A stretch of 64,000 bases of DNA. Source: a virus. Shown piece after piece: positions 62,606 to 64,000 of this stretch (position 1 is its first letter; each line of letters opens with the position of its first letter). Location: positions 1 to 64,000 of the IMG/VR virus record IMGVR_UViG_3300045988_183585. One strand, given 5' to 3'. Both the position numbers and the translations under genes were made by a program. A model generated the notes under the pieces. The model searched no databases and was not told the DNA's origin. It saw only the letters and a program-made list of their open reading frames with translations.

Positions 62606-63799
62606 TTAACTGTTTTTCAACTCGTACTCATACTGCGATACCCAGCAGTCGCAAAGTGCGTCAGAGATGATTTCATCTCTCTCTTCGCCGTTTTCGACCA
62701 TCAAAAGGGCAGACAGCGTTTTCCTTGCATTATCATCCAACTTTACTTCTTTTGTCCGCTTTTCTGCGTCCGGCGTGTTTGTTCTGACCAGAATGGTGTT
62801 ATATCTTGTGTAGTCAGGTGCTACAAAATAGTCTACCGCCATATTGAGCCCGATACTCAGTATCATCAGATTTCCAGTCGTTCCAAGCGGTTCTTTTTCC
62901 TCTTTTTTCTTCTTTTTGGGTTTCAAAGGTTCTCCAGCAATATCACAGAAAATAGCTTTGTCCGCTGCAGCAATCGCCTCGTTGGTAACATTGTAACATC
63001 TGTCAGAATAAATACGAAGCTGAGAATTCGCTTCTGTTCCGAATAGGGTTACTGCGGTGGAACAATCGTCTTCCATCTTTTCTTTCAAACGTTTTATATA
63101 CAATTCTTGGAAATCGACCGGAGCACCTTTGCTGTTTCTATAAACAAAATTGTTTTCTTTGAAACCATCCGCTGTACCCTTTATCATATAACGGTCTTTT
63201 GCTTCGCAGTTAGCCTGAATTTCCGACTGAATTTCGCGTGATTCGGCATAAGGCATAGCTGAAATTTGAGTAAACAGACAGGAATAGATGTTTGGCAGGT
63301 GGATGGGCGCACATTCATCGCCGAACAGAACTTTTTCACATGACCTATCTAAGAAAAAGTACGCCAATTTATACAAGCCCTCAACAGAGACATAAAATCC
63401 TTCCGGTGCTTTTCTGTTTACCTGTTTTCCTGCATCTATTCCGTTGATTAAAAGTTCATACGGACCAACGACCGTAGGAGTTCCTTCATCCGGTTCCCTG
63501 AGTCGTGTCATCTTCGATTCATTTACGCCGATTTCTGTCGCAAGGCCTCTCATATTCCACGAACCATATAGACGAGGGGCTTTAGTGATGGAATACAACT
63601 CCTCATAAACTCTTGCGGAAACAAGTCTGCGAACATTTGTCAGCTCCGTGCTAAACTCAGTATAGTTTTCATACGTCGAATTCCGAGGTATTCGGTTAGT
63701 GGAATTTAACTCACTATTATAAGAATAACGAGTATTCAAGGTCTCAGCCCATTTTTCGCAGTCGATGTAGGCGTCCATTGTATTATTTATTCTTTTCAA
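62606..63799 (-). CDS. hypothetical protein, markedly lower GC than the rest of the island
   Basis: 397-aa ORF in an AT-rich stretch. No recognisable motifs. Confidence 0.55.
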   Translation of the reverse strand: MKRINNTMDAYIDCEKWAETLNTRYSYNSELNSTNRIPRNSTYENYTEFSTELTNVRRLVSARVYEELYSITKAPRLYGSWNMRGLATEIGVNESKMTRLREPDEGTPTVVGPYELLINGIDAGKQVNRKAPEGFYVSVEGLYKLAYFFLDRSCEKVLFGDECAPIHLPNIYSCLFTQISAMPYAESREIQSEIQANCEAKDRYMIKGTADGFKENNFVYRNSKGAPVDFQELYIKRLKEKMEDDCSTAVTLFGTEANSQLRIYSDRCYNVTNEAIAAADKAIFCDIAGEPLKPKKKKKEEKEPLGTTGNLMILSIGLNMAVDYFVAPDYTRYNTILVRTNTPDAEKRTKEVKLDDNARKTLSALLMVENGEERDEIISDALCDCWVSQYEYELKNS

Positions 63800-64000
63800 T
63801 CTTCATCCGCCTCCATTCTTGCGATTTTTTCCTTGAATTTTTTTACGGCATTTCTGAATGTTGTTTTGTTGGCAGGAGACATGAAATAATAAGCGTCTAT
63901 AATGTCTTCTGTCGTTGCGTTTTCCGCATACAATCGCAGTGTGCTTGGCATTCCCATTAGCCAGTGCAATGAGGTTCCAAACGCTTTCGCAATTTGTGGT

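Overview
High-GC Firmicutes (Clostridia-like) DNA with AGGAGG-type ribosome-binding sites. Coordinates for sites I read by eye (promoters, hairpins, repeats) may be off by 1-2 nt. Coordinates derived from the ORF track are exact.

First ~20 kb, mostly ordinary envelope/housekeeping genes:
- A 5'-truncated giant cell-wall adhesin (Cna-B-type and VaFE/TQXA ester-bond repeats).
- Small membrane and zinc-ribbon proteins.
- Topoisomerase III with an SR/RGG-rich tail.
- A LexA-box-controlled YdjM-like hydrolase, a secreted DNA/RNA endonuclease, flotillin, and tRNA-Ser(UGA).

Positions ~20.6-62.6 kb are an accessory island, which continues past the window end:
- All genes are on the minus strand, arranged in eight transcription units.
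- Each unit begins with a near-identical ~200-bp cassette: a TTGACA / extended -10 promoter, a perfect palindrome, a covarying terminator-like leader hairpin, a conserved pre-RBS segment and an AGGAGA RBS. Each unit ends in an intrinsic terminator.
- Cargo: a MoxR-like AAA+ ATPase (novel N-terminal domain) with a vWA/metallopeptidase partner, Fic, an HD phosphohydrolase, a MazF/PemK-like toxin, several XRE regulators, YopX- and ASCH-like proteins.
- A tandem array of six diverged paralogs of an uncharacterised ~350-aa family (YCCKDPFG / IPDEKIIWDA / YREMF motifs), plus a second paralog pair.
- A compact IscB (OMEGA) insertion with ~32-bp terminal inverted repeats and a candidate omega-RNA. It is inserted into the 3' end of one of the second-pair paralogs.
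- A 4x iteron-like direct repeat upstream of one cassette.
- No integrase, relaxase, T4SS or phage structural genes are recognisable. The nature of the island and the function of the reiterated promoter-attenuator cassette are the main open questions.
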